The notes: generated by a model from the letters alone, not told the origin. A DNA stretch of 64,000 nt from an uncultured Demequinaceae bacterium (GCA_964517615.1 CAZFEH010000001.1:21961-85960); one strand, 5' to 3'; counted from the stretch's first letter, positions 49,651-60,932 are shown. Translations and numbers: made by a program.

Positions 49651-50769
49651 CTAGGAGACCACCACGAGGTCGTCGATGTGAATGAGCGGCTTGGCGAAGT
49701 GCTCCCCCAGCTGGTCTCCCAGCTGCTGAGTGGACAGCCCCAGCATGGCGGGGATCTCGTGCGCGGCGAAGGCCACGAGCCCACGGGCCACCAACTCGCC
49801 ATCGGGTCCCACGATCTCCACCGCGTCGCCGGGCTCGAACTCGCCCCGCACCGCCGTGACCCCCGCTGCCAGGAGGGAGGCGCGTCGTCCCGCGACCGCC
49901 GTGACCGCACCGGCGTCGAGCACCAGTGCCCCCGAGGTCTTCGCGGCGTGCTTGAGCCAGGCCAGGCGCGTCACGGCCCGCTTGCCGTGCGCCACGAAGA
50001 CCGTGCCCACGTCCTCGCCTGCGAGGGCAGCCCGCGCATCGGCGGCCGCCGCGAGCACCACGGCGATCCCGTTGCCCGTCGCGATGCCGGACGCCTCCAG
50101 CTTGGTGACCATGCCACCCGTGCCCACGGCGGAGCCGCGCCGCGAGATGTCGATGCCGGCCATGTCGGCCTCGCTGCGCACCACCGGGATGCGGCGCGCT
50201 CCAGGCACATCCGGGGCGGCGGTGTAGAGCCCGTCCACGTCGGTGAGGAGCACCAGGGCGTCGGCGTGGACCACGGAGGCGACCAGGGCGGCCAGGCGGT
50301 CGTTGTCGCCAAAGCGGATCTCGTCCGTGGCCACGGTGTCGTTCTCGTTGACGATGGGCACGATGCCCAGTTCCAGGAGCCGGGTGAGCGCACGCTGGGC
50401 ATTGCCGTAGTGGGTGCGGCGCACCATGTCGTCCGCGGTGAGCAGCACCTGCCCCACCCGCAGGCCGTGGCGCGCGAACCCGGTGGTGTACGACGCGATG
50501 AGCAGCCCCTGCCCCACGGAGGCGCTCGCCTGCTGCATTGCCAGCTCGCGGGGACGCGTGCTCAGTCCCAGCGGGCCCAGTCCGGCGGCGATGGAGCCCG
50601 AGGTGACGAGCACCGCCTCCTTGCCCGCCGCGCGCGCACCGGCCACGGCATCGACCACGTGGGCCACGCGTGCCTCATCGAGGTGGCCGTCGGGTCCCGT
50701 GAGCGACGACGAACCGACCTTCACCACCACCCGGCGTGCGGCCGCAACGGCCTCACGTGCCTCGCTCAC
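49651..50769 (-). CDS. proB: Glutamate 5-kinase
   Basis: [32 protein letters not shown]; PUA domain. Confidence 0.96.
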   Translation of the reverse strand: MSEAREAVAAARRVVVKVGSSSLTGPDGHLDEARVAHVVDAVAGARAAGKEAVLVTSGSIAAGLGPLGLSTRPRELAMQQASASVGQGLLIASYTTGFARHGLRVGQVLLTADDMVRRTHYGNAQRALTRLLELGIVPIVNENDTVATDEIRFGDNDRLAALVASVVHADALVLLTDVDGLYTAAPDVPGARRIPVVRSEADMAGIDISRRGSAVGTGGMVTKLEASGIATGNGIAVVLAAAADARAALAGEDVGTVFVAHGKRAVTRLAWLKHAAKTSGALVLDAGAVTAVAGRRASLLAAGVTAVRGEFEPGDAVEIVGPDGELVARGLVAFAAHEIPAMLGLSTQQLGDQLGEHFAKPLIHIDDLVVVS

Positions 50770-52310
50770 TGATCCTCCTCGACGCTGTCCGAGTTCTCGC
50801 TGGGGTCAGTCCAGTGTCCCGCATCGCGCTCGGTCCACAGCTCCTGGCGCGCGGCGGACTTGGCGTCCATGCGCTCCTTGTGCTCGGCGCGCTTCTCTGC
50901 GCGTGTGGCGCGGCCGTGACGCTCGAACTCCTCGATGCGCATGTCGGTGCCGCGCCGTCCCAGCAGTTCGGCCCCGGCCTGCATGGTGGGCTCCCAGTCG
51001 AAGACCACACCGCCTGTGCGAGGCCCGATCACCACCTCGCAGCCGGGCAGCGCACCCGCACGGAACAGCTCCTCCTCGACGCCCAGCGCCGCCAGACGAT
51101 CCGCCAGATACCCCACCGCCTCATCGTTGCGGAAGTCGGTCTGGCGCACCCAGCGTTCGGGCTTGACGCCACGCACCTGGAAGTAGTCCTCGGCTCCGTC
51201 GCGCACATGCTGCACGGTGAATCCCGCCTCGTCGACGGACTTGGGCCGCAGCACCACGGGGGCCTTTTCCAGCGCGGGGGCCTTGTCCCGCTCGGCCTGC
51301 ACCATCGCGGCGAGGGCGAAGGACAGCTCCTTGAGTCCCTCATGCGTCACCGCGCTGACCTCATAGATGGCCAGGCCGCGCTCCTCGAGTTCGGGACGCA
51401 CGATCGCCGCCAACTCGCGCCCGTCGGGCACGTCCACCTTGTTGAGCACGATGATCTGGGGACGTTGTGCGAGCGGCACGCCGGAGATGGCCTCGTCACC
51501 CGTGTAGGCGCGCAGTTCCCCCAGGATGACGTCGAGGTCGCGCAACGGGTCACGATCGCTTTCCAGCGTGGCGGTGTCGAGCACGTGCGCGATCACCGAG
51601 CAGCGCTCGATGTGGCGCAGAAAGTCATGGCCGAGACCCTTGCCCTGGGAGGCCCCCTCGATGAGGCCGGGAACATCGGCGATGGTGTAGCGGGCGCTGC
51701 CCGCCTCCACGACCCCCAGGTTGGGCTGGAGCGTGGTGAAGGGGTAGTCGGCGATCTTGGGGCGCACCCGGCTCATCGCCGCGATGAGCGAGGACTTGCC
51801 CGCGCTCGGGTAGCCCACGAGCGCGACATCGGCGATGGACTTGAGTTCGAGGACCACCTCGGCCTCTTCACCGGGTTCACCCAGGAGCGCGAAGCCGGGT
51901 GCCTTGCGCTTGGGACTCGCGAGCGCGGCATTGCCCAGGCCACCACGGCCGCCGTGCGCCACGACATACTCCGCGCCGTCGCCCACGAGGTCCGCGAGCA
52001 CCGCGCCATCGCGGCTCTTGACGACGGTGCCGGAGGGCACGCCGAGCCGCAGGTCGGCGGCGTTCGCCCCGTGACGCATGTCGCCGGCGCCCTGACCGCC
52101 GTTGGCGGCGGTGCGGTGCGGGCCGTGGTGGTAGTCCAGCAGGGTGGTGAACTGCGGATCCACGTAGAGCACCACCGAGCCGCCGCGGCCACCATTGCCG
52201 CCGTCGGGGCCGCCCAGCGGCTTGAACTTCTCGCGGTGCACCGACGCCACGCCGTGGCCACCATTGCCTGCCGTGGCATGGAGCACCACACGATCGATGA
52301 AGGACGCCAT
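50766..52310 (-). CDS. obgE: GTPase ObgE/CgtA
   Basis: [38 protein letters not shown]. Confidence 0.97.
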   Translation of the reverse strand: MASFIDRVVLHATAGNGGHGVASVHREKFKPLGGPDGGNGGRGGSVVLYVDPQFTTLLDYHHGPHRTAANGGQGAGDMRHGANAADLRLGVPSGTVVKSRDGAVLADLVGDGAEYVVAHGGRGGLGNAALASPKRKAPGFALLGEPGEEAEVVLELKSIADVALVGYPSAGKSSLIAAMSRVRPKIADYPFTTLQPNLGVVEAGSARYTIADVPGLIEGASQGKGLGHDFLRHIERCSVIAHVLDTATLESDRDPLRDLDVILGELRAYTGDEAISGVPLAQRPQIIVLNKVDVPDGRELAAIVRPELEERGLAIYEVSAVTHEGLKELSFALAAMVQAERDKAPALEKAPVVLRPKSVDEAGFTVQHVRDGAEDYFQVRGVKPERWVRQTDFRNDEAVGYLADRLAALGVEEELFRAGALPGCEVVIGPRTGGVVFDWEPTMQAGAELLGRRGTDMRIEEFERHGRATRAEKRAEHKERMDAKSAARQELWTERDAGHWTDPSENSDSVEEDQ

Positions 52311-52373
52311 GCCCCAACCACCTCCCAAAGGGTCTATTGTGCCTGGAAACGGCCTCACACTGAAAGGAAGGGC

Positions 52374-53057
52374 ATGTCGGACAAGGAACCCCGCGACGAG
52401 GAACCCACCCAGATCCTCCCCGCGCAAGGCCCGCACGCCCCTCGTGACGGCCAGCTTCCGGCGTCTGTCGCACCGATCGGCCACCCGACGAACTACGGCG
52501 AACTGCCGCCCTCCGAGCCGGTGCGCCCCTCGCGCGCACTGACAGTGGCGGTGGGCATCGGCGTCGCCTTGCTCGTGATCCTGCTTCTGTCCGTGATCGG
52601 TGCGCTGATCCAGCGGCCCGGACAGGTGCCGCCCACTCCCAGTCCCACGCCGGACGAGGACGTGACGGTGCCTGCACCCACGCAAACGGCACCGGAGGAC
52701 TCCGGTTCCGCCGAGCCGGAACCCACCCAGGAGGTGCCCGCCGGACCGCGCATCACGCTGTTCTCGGGGCCCGCGACCGCCCTGTGCCTGAACGAGGAGG
52801 CGGCCCCGACGGACATCACGCTCAGCTGGGACAGTGTCGGGGCAACCCAGGCATGGATCGGGGTGGCCACCGCCGATGCCCAGGCGGCGCCCTACCAGGA
52901 GGTCGCACCCACGGGCGAACTCACCTTGGGCTTCCCCTGCTCGATCTCCGCGCAGGACTACACCCTCACCGTCGTGGGCGACGGAGGCAAGGTCTCCAGC
53001 ACCATCACGGTCGTGAGGGCGCTGACGCACACGCCCGACGACTCGACCGGGGGCTAG
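52374..53057 (+). CDS. Hypothetical membrane-anchored protein with Pro/Thr linker and beta-rich C-terminal domain
   Basis: RBS GAAAGGAAGG; [15 protein letters not shown]..., one TM helix, C-terminal domain with two Cys. Confidence 0.65.
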   Translation: MSDKEPRDEEPTQILPAQGPHAPRDGQLPASVAPIGHPTNYGELPPSEPVRPSRALTVAVGIGVALLVILLLSVIGALIQRPGQVPPTPSPTPDEDVTVPAPTQTAPEDSGSAEPEPTQEVPAGPRITLFSGPATALCLNEEAAPTDITLSWDSVGATQAWIGVATADAQAAPYQEVAPTGELTLGFPCSISAQDYTLTVVGDGGKVSSTITVVRALTHTPDDSTGG

Positions 53058-53093
53058 GCGGCGCGTCGGCCTGAGCCCGCACCAGGTCCTCCC

Positions 53094-53331
53094 GCCCTCG
53101 CCGCGGTTGCTGCGTGCCCTCACCCCGGTTGCTGCGTGCCCTCACCCCGGTTGCTGCGTGCCCTCGCCGCACCCTCAAAAATCACTCAGCCACATGTTCA
53201 CGGGCGACACGCCGTGTCAGGCGCCCGAACATCGGCGTGTCGCGGCTGAAGGTGTGGCTCAGTGATCTGTGGTGCTGGTGGGTGCTGGTGGGTGCTGGGG
53301 GGGTGGGTGCTGGGGGTGCTGGGGGTGGGTG
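53094..53331. repeat. Composite intergenic repeat: 22-bp tandem (about 3.5 copies), imperfect inverted repeat and G-rich tract
   Basis: GCCCTCACCCCGGTTGCTGCGT units at 53094-53170; IR arms 53181-53214 and 53233-53266; GGTGCTGG(G/T)G runs to about 53331. Confidence 0.75.
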
Positions 53332-53405
53332 GCAGTCGGTGGCGGCTGCCGGGTGCTCGAATGACGGCCCGGCGCGCCCGCGCCGGGAGAACTGGCCGAG
53401 AAAGC

Positions 53406-53433
53406 ACAAAGGGCGCCCGCAGGCGCCCTTTGT
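53406..53433 (-). terminator. Hairpin terminator after rpmA
   Basis: ACAAAGGGCGCC-CGCA-GGCGCCCTTTGT perfect stem. Confidence 0.75.
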
Positions 53434-53448
53434 CACAGTGAGTGCGGC

Positions 53449-53700
53449 TTAGCCGACCACCACGTCCACCACACGGCGTCCACGACGCTGGGTGAAGGCC
53501 ACCGAACCGGCGGACAGAGCGAACAGCGTGTCGTCCTTGCCGATGCCGACGTTGTGGCCGGGGTGGAAGTGGGTGCCGCGCTGGCGGACGAGAATCTCGC
53601 CGGCGTTGACCACCTGACCGCCGAAGCGCTTCACACCCAGGTACTGGGGGTTGGAATCACGACCGTTGCGCGAGGAGCTCGCGCCCTTCTTGTGTGCCAT
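53449..53700 (-). CDS. rpmA: 50S ribosomal protein L27
   Basis: [16 protein letters not shown]...RQRGT. Confidence 0.98.
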   Translation of the reverse strand: MAHKKGASSSRNGRDSNPQYLGVKRFGGQVVNAGEILVRQRGTHFHPGHNVGIGKDDTLFALSAGSVAFTQRRGRRVVDVVVG

Positions 53701-53714
53701 GCGTTACTCCTCGC

Positions 53715-54023
53715 TTACTTGATGCCGGTGACCTTGAGGCGCGTCAGGTCCTGGCGGTGGCCGATGCGCTTGCGGTATCCGGTCTTGTTCTTGAACTTCA
53801 GGATGTGGATCTTGGGGCCACGCTCGTCGCGCACCACCTCGGCCGTGACCTTGACCTTGGCCAGGTCCTTGGCGGCGGTGGTCACCGTGTCGCCGTCCAC
53901 CAGCAGCAGCGCGGGCAGTTCCACCGTCGACCCGGCCTCCGCCTTGAGGCGGTCGACCACGACGATGTCGCCCACGGAGACCTTCTCCTGGCGGCCACCG
54001 GCCTTGACAATCGCGTACACCAT
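53715..54023 (-). CDS. rplU: 50S ribosomal protein L21
   Basis: [13 protein letters not shown]...[14 protein letters not shown]. Confidence 0.98.
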   Translation of the reverse strand: MVYAIVKAGGRQEKVSVGDIVVVDRLKAEAGSTVELPALLLVDGDTVTTAAKDLAKVKVTAEVVRDERGPKIHILKFKNKTGYRKRIGHRQDLTRLKVTGIK

Positions 54024-54160
54024 GATCCGTATTCCTTAACGTCTTGACAGGGTTCCTGCCGCGGCCACTCGCTGAGGGCGCAGGCAGGACTGAGCGTATT
54101 CACGCCGACGAACTAAGGTACCCGTTCCAGGGTCCCCCGGTCAAACGGCGCGCCGAGTCC

Positions 54161-56419
54161 TCAAGGCTGCGCCGGCTCCTCCGCCGGGGCATCGTGACTC
54201 TCGTCCTCGTGGGCATGATGCGCCTTCTCGGCCGCGGCGGCGATCGATGCGAGCGTGGCCTTGACGGCGGCGCGGGCATCCTCGCGCTCGTCGAGGGCAT
54301 GCGTCTCGACCACGACCGGCTCCTCGGCGCGTCCACGCCCGCCTCGCGCACCACGACGGCGCGGCTCCGGCTGCGGCGAGGAGACCTCGGCCACGGGCTC
54401 GCCGTGAACCAGGAAGCCGCGCCCCTTGCAGTGCTCACATGTGGTGGAGAAGGCCTCCACCAGACCCTGTCCCACACGCTTGCGGGTCATCTGCACCAGG
54501 CCCAGCGAGGTGACCTCGGCCACTTGGTGCTTGGTGCGGTCGCGCGACAGGCATTCGATCAGGCGGCGCAGCACCCGGTCGCGGTTGGCCTCCAGCAGCA
54601 TGTCCACGAAGTCGATGACGATGATGCCGCCGATGTCGCGCAGCCTGAGCTGGCGCACGATCTCCTCGGCAGCCTCCAGGTTGTTGAGCGTCATCGTCTC
54701 TTCGAGCGTGCCGCCCTTGCCCACGAACTTGCCGGTGTTGACGTCGATGACGGTCATCGCCTCGGTGCGGTCGATCACGAGCGAACCACCCGACGGCAGC
54801 CACACCTTGCGGTCCATGCCCTTGGTGAGCTGCTCATCGATGCGGTGCGCGGCAAACACGTCGCCGTCCGCGACAAAGCGGTGCAGCCGGGACAGCAGAT
54901 CGGGGGCCACCTGCCCCACGTAGGCGCTGAGCGAGTTCCACGTGTCCTCGCCCTGGATCGTGAGCGACTCGAAGTCCTCGTTGAAGATGTCGCGCACCAC
55001 GCGAATGGCCATGTCGGGCTCGCCGCGCAGCAGCTTGGGGGCCTTGCCCGTGGCTGCCTCGTCCTGGATGGTCTGCCACTGGCGCTTGAGGCGTTCCACG
55101 TCGGCGCGCAGCTCCTCCTCCGACGCACCCTCGGCGGCGGTGCGCACGATCACACCGGCATCGGCCGGGATCACCTCGCGCAGGAGCTTCTTGAGGCGAT
55201 TGCGCTCGGTGTCGGGCAGCTTGCGGCTGATGCCGGTCATGCCGCCGCCTGGCACGTACACGAGGAAGCGCCCGGCCAGCGAGATCTGCGACGTCACGCG
55301 GGCGCCCTTGTGCCCGATGGGGTCCTTGGTGACCTGCACCATGACGGTGTCGCCGGGCTTGAGGGCCAACTCGATGCGACGAGACTTGCCTTCCATCCCC
55401 GCGGCATCCCAGTTGACCTCGCCTGCGTAGAGCACGGCGTTGCGGCCACGGCCCACGTCCACGAAGGCCGCCTCCATGCCCGGGAGCACGTTCTGCACGC
55501 GCGCCAGGTAGACATTGCCCGCCATGGACTGCTGCGCCTGGTGGCTGACATAGTGCTCCACGAGCACGTCGTCCTCGAGCACCGCGATCTGCACGCGGCC
55601 ATCGCGCTCGCGCACCACCATGTCGCGCTTGACGGACTCGCGTCGCGCCAGGAACTCGGCCTCGGAGATCACGGTGCGACGGCGCTGACCGTCTCGCGTG
55701 TCACGCCGACGCTGACGCTTGGCCTGAAGCCGCGTCGAACCCTGCAGCGGATCCTCGGAGACACCGGACCCCGAACGGGAGCCGCGACGGCGGCGGCGCC
55801 GGCGCGTTCCGCCCTCGCCCTCCTCGTCGGAGTCGTTGTCGCCGTCGGAGAAGGACTCGCCCTCCTCCGAGACCTCGCCCTCGCCGTCGCCTTCACCGGC
55901 GCGCTTCTTGCCTCGCCCCCGTCCGCCACGGCGGCGGCGACGCTTGGAGCCGCCTTCACCCTCGCCGTCGCCATCCTCGAATCCCTCGGACTCGCCTCCC
56001 GTGCCTGCCGCCGCCTCGGCTTCGGGTGCGGTGTCCGTCTCGGCCTTGGCCTTGCGGCTGCGGCTCCTGGTGGCCTTGGCGGGTGCGTCCTGCTCGCCCG
56101 GCTCGGCGGCAGCGACGGCCTCGCCTGCGGCCTCGGTCGTCTCCGTCTTGGCCTTGCGGCTGCGCGCGGGCTTCTTGGGGGCCTCGCCCGCCACTGCGTC
56201 GGCACTGTCGCTCGCCGCGGCAGCCTTGGCCGCCGCGGCCTTGGTGGCCCTGGCAGGCTTGGCTGGCTTGGCGCTCGCCGCGTCGTCGGCAGGGACCTGC
56301 GGCGGCCCCGCGGGCGCCGAGACCCGGCGTGACACGCGCGGTGCGGGGGCCTGCTCCGAAGGCGGCGGCGGTGCCTGGAACACGACTGCGGTGGAAGGTG
56401 TGGTGTTGTCCTCGCTCAA
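54161..56419 (-). CDS. rne: Ribonuclease E/G family
   Basis: GNVYLARVQNVLPGMEAAFVD, IDVNTG, LRLRDIGGIIVIDF, CEHCKGRG; TTG start at 56419 inferred from an RBS-like GAGG. Confidence 0.93.
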   Translation of the reverse strand: MSEDNTTPSTAVVFQAPPPPSEQAPAPRVSRRVSAPAGPPQVPADDAASAKPAKPARATKAAAAKAAAASDSADAVAGEAPKKPARSRKAKTETTEAAGEAVAAAEPGEQDAPAKATRSRSRKAKAETDTAPEAEAAAGTGGESEGFEDGDGEGEGGSKRRRRRGGRGRGKKRAGEGDGEGEVSEEGESFSDGDNDSDEEGEGGTRRRRRRRGSRSGSGVSEDPLQGSTRLQAKRQRRRDTRDGQRRRTVISEAEFLARRESVKRDMVVRERDGRVQIAVLEDDVLVEHYVSHQAQQSMAGNVYLARVQNVLPGMEAAFVDVGRGRNAVLYAGEVNWDAAGMEGKSRRIELALKPGDTVMVQVTKDPIGHKGARVTSQISLAGRFLVYVPGGGMTGISRKLPDTERNRLKKLLREVIPADAGVIVRTAAEGASEEELRADVERLKRQWQTIQDEAATGKAPKLLRGEPDMAIRVVRDIFNEDFESLTIQGEDTWNSLSAYVGQVAPDLLSRLHRFVADGDVFAAHRIDEQLTKGMDRKVWLPSGGSLVIDRTEAMTVIDVNTGKFVGKGGTLEETMTLNNLEAAEEIVRQLRLRDIGGIIVIDFVDMLLEANRDRVLRRLIECLSRDRTKHQVAEVTSLGLVQMTRKRVGQGLVEAFSTTCEHCKGRGFLVHGEPVAEVSSPQPEPRRRGARGGRGRAEEPVVVETHALDEREDARAAVKATLASIAAAAEKAHHAHEDESHDAPAEEPAQP

Positions 56420-56684
56420 TGCGGGTACCTCAATGCCGTGGCCCCCCACACAAGGCCCGGCTCTCTCGTCGGACGTTGCTCGCGGTGTGCGGCAACGGAA
56501 GTCTGTCATTCGCGGCGGCCGCCTGCGGTCCGGCGCCAGGAGCCTGAACGACTCCGGCAGCCAAGGCCGTTGCGACTGTCGGGGTGTGCGTCCGGTGTGG
56601 CTGGACGTAAACCTGGGTCCTATTGTGTCACAGATAGGCAAAAAAGCCGCGGCGCCGGGCTGTGAGAGAAATGACGACGCCGGC

Positions 56685-56713
56685 TAGGGACGTAGGTCCC
56701 AGGAAAAAGTCCC
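56685..56713. promoter_or_regulatory. Putative DosR/DevR-type boxes upstream of cydA
   Basis: TA-GGGAC-GTAG-GTCCC (core 56687-56700) plus adjacent degenerate CAGGA-AAAA-GTCCC. Confidence 0.6.
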
Positions 56714-56761
56714 TGGTGGGCCAGTACCGTCTGTGATATCCGCCTAAGGAGGACATGTCCC

Positions 56762-58240
56762 ATGGAAGCGCTGGAGCTGGCGCGCTGGCAGTTCGGCATC
56801 ACGACCGTCTACCACTTCGTTCTCGTACCCCTCACCATCGGCCTGTCGCTGCTGGTGGCCATCATGCAGACCGCCTGGTACCGCACCGGCAACGAGAAGT
56901 GGCTGCGCCTGACCAAGTTCTACGGCAAGCTGCTGCTCATCAACTTCGCCCTGGGTGTGGCCACCGGCATCGTGCAGGAGTTTCAGTTCGGCATGAACTG
57001 GTCGGAGTACTCGCGCTTTGTGGGCGACGTCTTCGGCGCACCGCTCGCGATGGAGGCGCTCCTGGCCTTCTTCCTGGAATCCACCTTCCTGGGGCTGTGG
57101 ATCTTCGGCTGGGATCGCCTGCCCAAGAAGATCCATCTGCTCACGGTGTGGGCATTCTCCATCGGCTCACTGCTGTCCGCGTACTTCATCATCGCGGCGA
57201 ACTCGTGGATGCAGCATCCCGTGGGCGCCGAATACAACCCCGAGACGGGGCGCGCGGAGATGCACGACGTCGTGGCGGTGCTGACCAACAACACCACCTT
57301 GGTGGCCTTTCCCCACGTGATCGCCACGGCCTTCCTGGTGGCGGGCACGTTCGTGTGCGGCATCGCGGCCTGGTGGATGGTCAGGAAGGTGCGCGCGGAC
57401 AAGGACGATGTCGACATCCCCGCCTTCCGCACGGCGGTGCGCTTCGGTGCCGTGGTGATGCTCATCGCCGGCGCCCTGGTGATCTGGACCGGCGACGAGC
57501 AGGCCAAGCTCATGTTCGAGCAGCAGCCCATCAAGATGGCCGCCGCCGAGGGACATGTGCACACGAGCGAGGCCGTGCCGTTCTCCCTGCTCGCCATCGG
57601 CAATCTCGCAGGCGACAACCCCGACTCGGTGCGCCACCTCATCGAGGTGCCCGGCCTGCTGTCCTTCATGGCCACCGGCCACTGGAACGGCCCGGAGTCG
57701 GAGGTGCAGGGCCTGTCGGATCTCCAGGAGCACTATGCCGAGCGCTACGGCGCCACCTTGGACGACGGCACCGAGATCGTGTACCGGCCCAACCTGGCGG
57801 TGACCTACTGGTCGTTCCGCCTGATGATCGGCCTCGCGGCCTTCTCGGCAGCCTTGGCGCTCACCGCCCTGTGGCTCACCCGCAAGGGCAAGGTCACGGA
57901 CAAGCCCTGGTTCGCCACGCTGGGGATCCTCGCATTGCCGATGCCGTTCCTCGCGGCCAGCTTCGGCTGGATCTTCACGGAGATGGGCCGCCAGCCCTTT
58001 GTGGTCGCCCCGAACCCGACGGGCTCGGATCAGGTCTTCCTGATGACCCTGTTCGGCGTGTCCGAGGTGGTCTCGCCCGCAGCGGTGCTGACCTCCATGA
58101 TCACCTTCACCATCGTCTACGCGGTGCTGGCCGTGTTCTGGTTCAAGCTCATCCACCGCTACTCGGTGGAGGGCCTGCCCCACGTGGAGGAACCCACTCT
58201 CCACGACGACTCCGACACTCCGCTGTCGTTCGCCTACTAG
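56762..58240 (+). CDS. cydA: Cytochrome bd oxidase subunit I
   Basis: ARWQFG...YHF, GIVQEFQFGMNWS, NSWMQHP, QPIKMAAAE, TEMGRQP. Confidence 0.97.
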   Translation: MEALELARWQFGITTVYHFVLVPLTIGLSLLVAIMQTAWYRTGNEKWLRLTKFYGKLLLINFALGVATGIVQEFQFGMNWSEYSRFVGDVFGAPLAMEALLAFFLESTFLGLWIFGWDRLPKKIHLLTVWAFSIGSLLSAYFIIAANSWMQHPVGAEYNPETGRAEMHDVVAVLTNNTTLVAFPHVIATAFLVAGTFVCGIAAWWMVRKVRADKDDVDIPAFRTAVRFGAVVMLIAGALVIWTGDEQAKLMFEQQPIKMAAAEGHVHTSEAVPFSLLAIGNLAGDNPDSVRHLIEVPGLLSFMATGHWNGPESEVQGLSDLQEHYAERYGATLDDGTEIVYRPNLAVTYWSFRLMIGLAAFSAALALTALWLTRKGKVTDKPWFATLGILALPMPFLAASFGWIFTEMGRQPFVVAPNPTGSDQVFLMTLFGVSEVVSPAAVLTSMITFTIVYAVLAVFWFKLIHRYSVEGLPHVEEPTLHDDSDTPLSFAY

Positions 58241-58261
58241 GACCCGAGGAGACTTTCACTC

Positions 58262-59287
58262 ATGGATCTCGCATTCGTCTGGTTCGTCCTCATCGCCGTC
58301 CTGTGGACGGGCTACCTGGTCCTGGAAGGCTTCGACTTCGGCGTGGCCATGCTCATGCCCTGGGTCGCCAAGAACGACAAGGAGCGCCGCGTCGCCCTCA
58401 ACACCATCGGACCCGTGTGGGACGGCAATGAGGTGTGGCTCCTGACCGCCGGCGGTGCCACCTTCGCGGCCTTCCCCGAGTGGTACGCCACCTTGTTCTC
58501 GGGCTTCTACCTGCCACTGCTGCTCATCCTGGTGGCGCTCATCGTGCGGGCCGTGGCCATCGAGTACCGCGGCAAGATCGACACCGACACCTGGCGCCGG
58601 CGCTGGGATCGCGCCATTATCCTCACCGCCTGGGTGCCCTCGATCCTGTGGGGCGTGGCCTTCGCCAACCTGGTGCGCGGCGTCAAGCTCGACGAGAACC
58701 ACCAGTACATCGGCGGCTTCTTCGACCTGCTCAACCCCTTCGCCCTGCTGGGCGGTGCCGTCACGCTCCTGCTGTTCCTGTCCCACGGCGCGATCTTCCT
58801 GTCGCTCAAGACCGACGGCGTGGTGCGCGAGCGGGCGGAGCGCTTCGCGGGCCGCTTCTCGCTCGCCACGATCGTGGTGGCGGGCGCGTGGGCGCTGTGG
58901 GCGCAGATCGCCTTCGCCAACGCGGCCTGGACCTGGGCGGCGGTAGCCGTCGCGGCGGCGTCGCTCGTGGGGGCCTACCTCGCGGTGACGGGCCGACGCT
59001 TCGGCTGGGCCTTCATCGCCAACGCCGTGGGGATCGTGGCGACGGTGGTGCTGATCTTCGGCTCGATGTTCCCCGACGTCATGCCCGCGATCAACGACTC
59101 GGCCAACTCGCTCACCATCCACAATGCCTCGTCCACGGACTACACCCTGGGCGTCATGACCTGGGTGGCGGTGATCTTCACCCCCGTGGTGCTCGCCTAC
59201 CAGGCCTGGACCTACTGGGTGTTCCGCAAGCGCCTGAGCACCGCGCACATTCCCGAGCATCACGGCATCACCTTCGCCTCGAAGTGA
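58262..59287 (+). CDS. cydB: Cytochrome bd oxidase subunit II
   Basis: LEGFDFG, IGPVWDGNEVWL, FAAFPEWY. Confidence 0.97.
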   Translation: MDLAFVWFVLIAVLWTGYLVLEGFDFGVAMLMPWVAKNDKERRVALNTIGPVWDGNEVWLLTAGGATFAAFPEWYATLFSGFYLPLLLILVALIVRAVAIEYRGKIDTDTWRRRWDRAIILTAWVPSILWGVAFANLVRGVKLDENHQYIGGFFDLLNPFALLGGAVTLLLFLSHGAIFLSLKTDGVVRERAERFAGRFSLATIVVAGAWALWAQIAFANAAWTWAAVAVAAASLVGAYLAVTGRRFGWAFIANAVGIVATVVLIFGSMFPDVMPAINDSANSLTIHNASSTDYTLGVMTWVAVIFTPVVLAYQAWTYWVFRKRLSTAHIPEHHGITFASK

Positions 59288-59324
59288 GGCGGCCGGGCAG
59301 CCTCTGTTCGGTCACACTAGTTCG

Positions 59325-60932
59325 GTGAAACCCCTCGACCCGCGCCTGCTGACGCGGAGCGCGCCCGCCCGTCGCTACATCGTGGTGACGGCCGCGCTGG
59401 GGCTCGTGACGGCCCTCGTGATCGGGGTGCAGGCGCTCGTCGTGGCGCGCCTCCTGGCTCCGGTCCTGGCGCCGTCGCCGCTGGACGCCGACGGCTTGGG
59501 CGCCCTGGGAGGTCTCGTGCCCGTCTCGGCGCGCCACCTTTCGACGGGGCTGCCGCTGCTGGGCGCGCTCGTGATCGCGCGGGTCGCGCTGCACTGGACC
59601 CAGGAGCGGCTCGCTCATCGGGCGGGGGTGCGCGTCGTGGCGCAGCTGCGCGAGGCCGTGGTGGCGCACGTGGCCACGCTCGGGCCGAGGTGGGCGGCAT
59701 CGGGCAAGGGGGCGGGGGTCGCCGACCTGGTGACGCGCGGGCTCGACGGACTCCTGCCCTACTTTGTGCGCTACCTGCCCCAGCTCATGCTCGCGGTCAC
59801 GGTCACCCCGCTCATGGTCGTGGCGCTGTGGGGGCTGGACTGGATCTCGGGGCTCACCGTGGTGCTGACCCTCCCGCTCGTGCCTGTGTTCATGGTGCTC
59901 ATCGGGCTCGTCACGCGTGAGCGCTCCGCCAAGCATCTGGAGGCCATGGAGCGGTTCAGCACGCGCACGCTCGACCTCATCGCCGGGGTGCCGACGCTGC
60001 GGGGCCTGGGGCGCGAGCGTGGGCCTGCGGCACGGGTGCGAGCGCTCGGCGACGCGCAGCGCAGGGCGACGATGGGGTCGCTGCGGGTCGCGTTCCTCTC
60101 GGGGATGGTGCTGGAGCTGCTGACGACGCTCGCGGTGGCGATCGTGGCGGTCACCTTGGGATTCCGCCTCGTGGTAGCCGGGGTGTCGATCGAGACGGCG
60201 CTCGCGGTGCTCATCCTCGCGCCCGAGGCCTATCTGGCCCTGCGGGCCGTGGGCCAGCACTTCCACGCCTCTGCAGACGGCATGGCGGCCGCCGATGCCG
60301 CCTTCGAGGCCCTGGACGAGGTGGCACCCGCCGTGGGAACGCCAGGAGGCGCATGCCCTTCACTGGCGGGCGCCCACGTGATCCTCGACCGCGTGGGCGT
60401 CGCGACTCCCGACGGGACACGGCTCGCGCCCGCAGCGCTCGGATTCAGGGCCGCACCCGGCCGGATCACCGCCCTGGCGGGTCCTAACGGCGAGGGCAAG
60501 TCCACGGCCCTCCTGGCTCTGGCCGGGCTGCTGCCCGTCGATGCCGGACGCGTGGTGGCCGTCACGCCCGACGCCCAGGAGGCTTGCCTCGCCGACTGCG
60601 ACGCCGACTCCTGGATGGCGCAATGCGCCTGGGTGCCGCAGCGCCCGGACCTGGGGGTCGAGGGCCGCACCCTGAGCCTGGGACAACGCCAACTGCGAGC
60701 ACTGGAGCGCGCCTTCGCGTCCGATCGCCCCGTGCTGCTGCTGGACGAGCCCACCGCCCACCTGGATGGCGCCGCTCGCGGCGACCTGGTGGCCCGCCTG
60801 CGCGCGCAAGCAGCGGCCGGCGCCACCGTGGTGGTCGCCACGCATGACGAGCTGGTGCTCGCGGCCGCGGACCAGGTGATCGAGGTGCGCGGTGCCCGGG
60901 TGGCGTCCACCGCGAGGGGCGGGCTGCGATGA
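59325..60932 (+). CDS. cydD: Thiol/heme ABC exporter subunit CydD (short NBD)
   Basis: MKPLDPRL, YLPQL, LRVAFLSG, LAPEAY...FHAS; Walker A GPNGEGKS, LSLGQ, LLDEPTAHLD. Confidence 0.88.
   Translation: MKPLDPRLLTRSAPARRYIVVTAALGLVTALVIGVQALVVARLLAPVLAPSPLDADGLGALGGLVPVSARHLSTGLPLLGALVIARVALHWTQERLAHRAGVRVVAQLREAVVAHVATLGPRWAASGKGAGVADLVTRGLDGLLPYFVRYLPQLMLAVTVTPLMVVALWGLDWISGLTVVLTLPLVPVFMVLIGLVTRERSAKHLEAMERFSTRTLDLIAGVPTLRGLGRERGPAARVRALGDAQRRATMGSLRVAFLSGMVLELLTTLAVAIVAVTLGFRLVVAGVSIETALAVLILAPEAYLALRAVGQHFHASADGMAAADAAFEALDEVAPAVGTPGGACPSLAGAHVILDRVGVATPDGTRLAPAALGFRAAPGRITALAGPNGEGKSTALLALAGLLPVDAGRVVAVTPDAQEACLADCDADSWMAQCAWVPQRPDLGVEGRTLSLGQRQLRALERAFASDRPVLLLDEPTAHLDGAARGDLVARLRAQAAAGATVVVATHDELVLAAADQVIEVRGARVASTARGGLR

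Noticed and set aside
56420-56641. Structured RNA or riboswitch in the rne leader
   Set aside because: Plausible for RNase E autoregulation, but I could not identify a specific conserved fold by eye; it needs an Rfam or covariance search.
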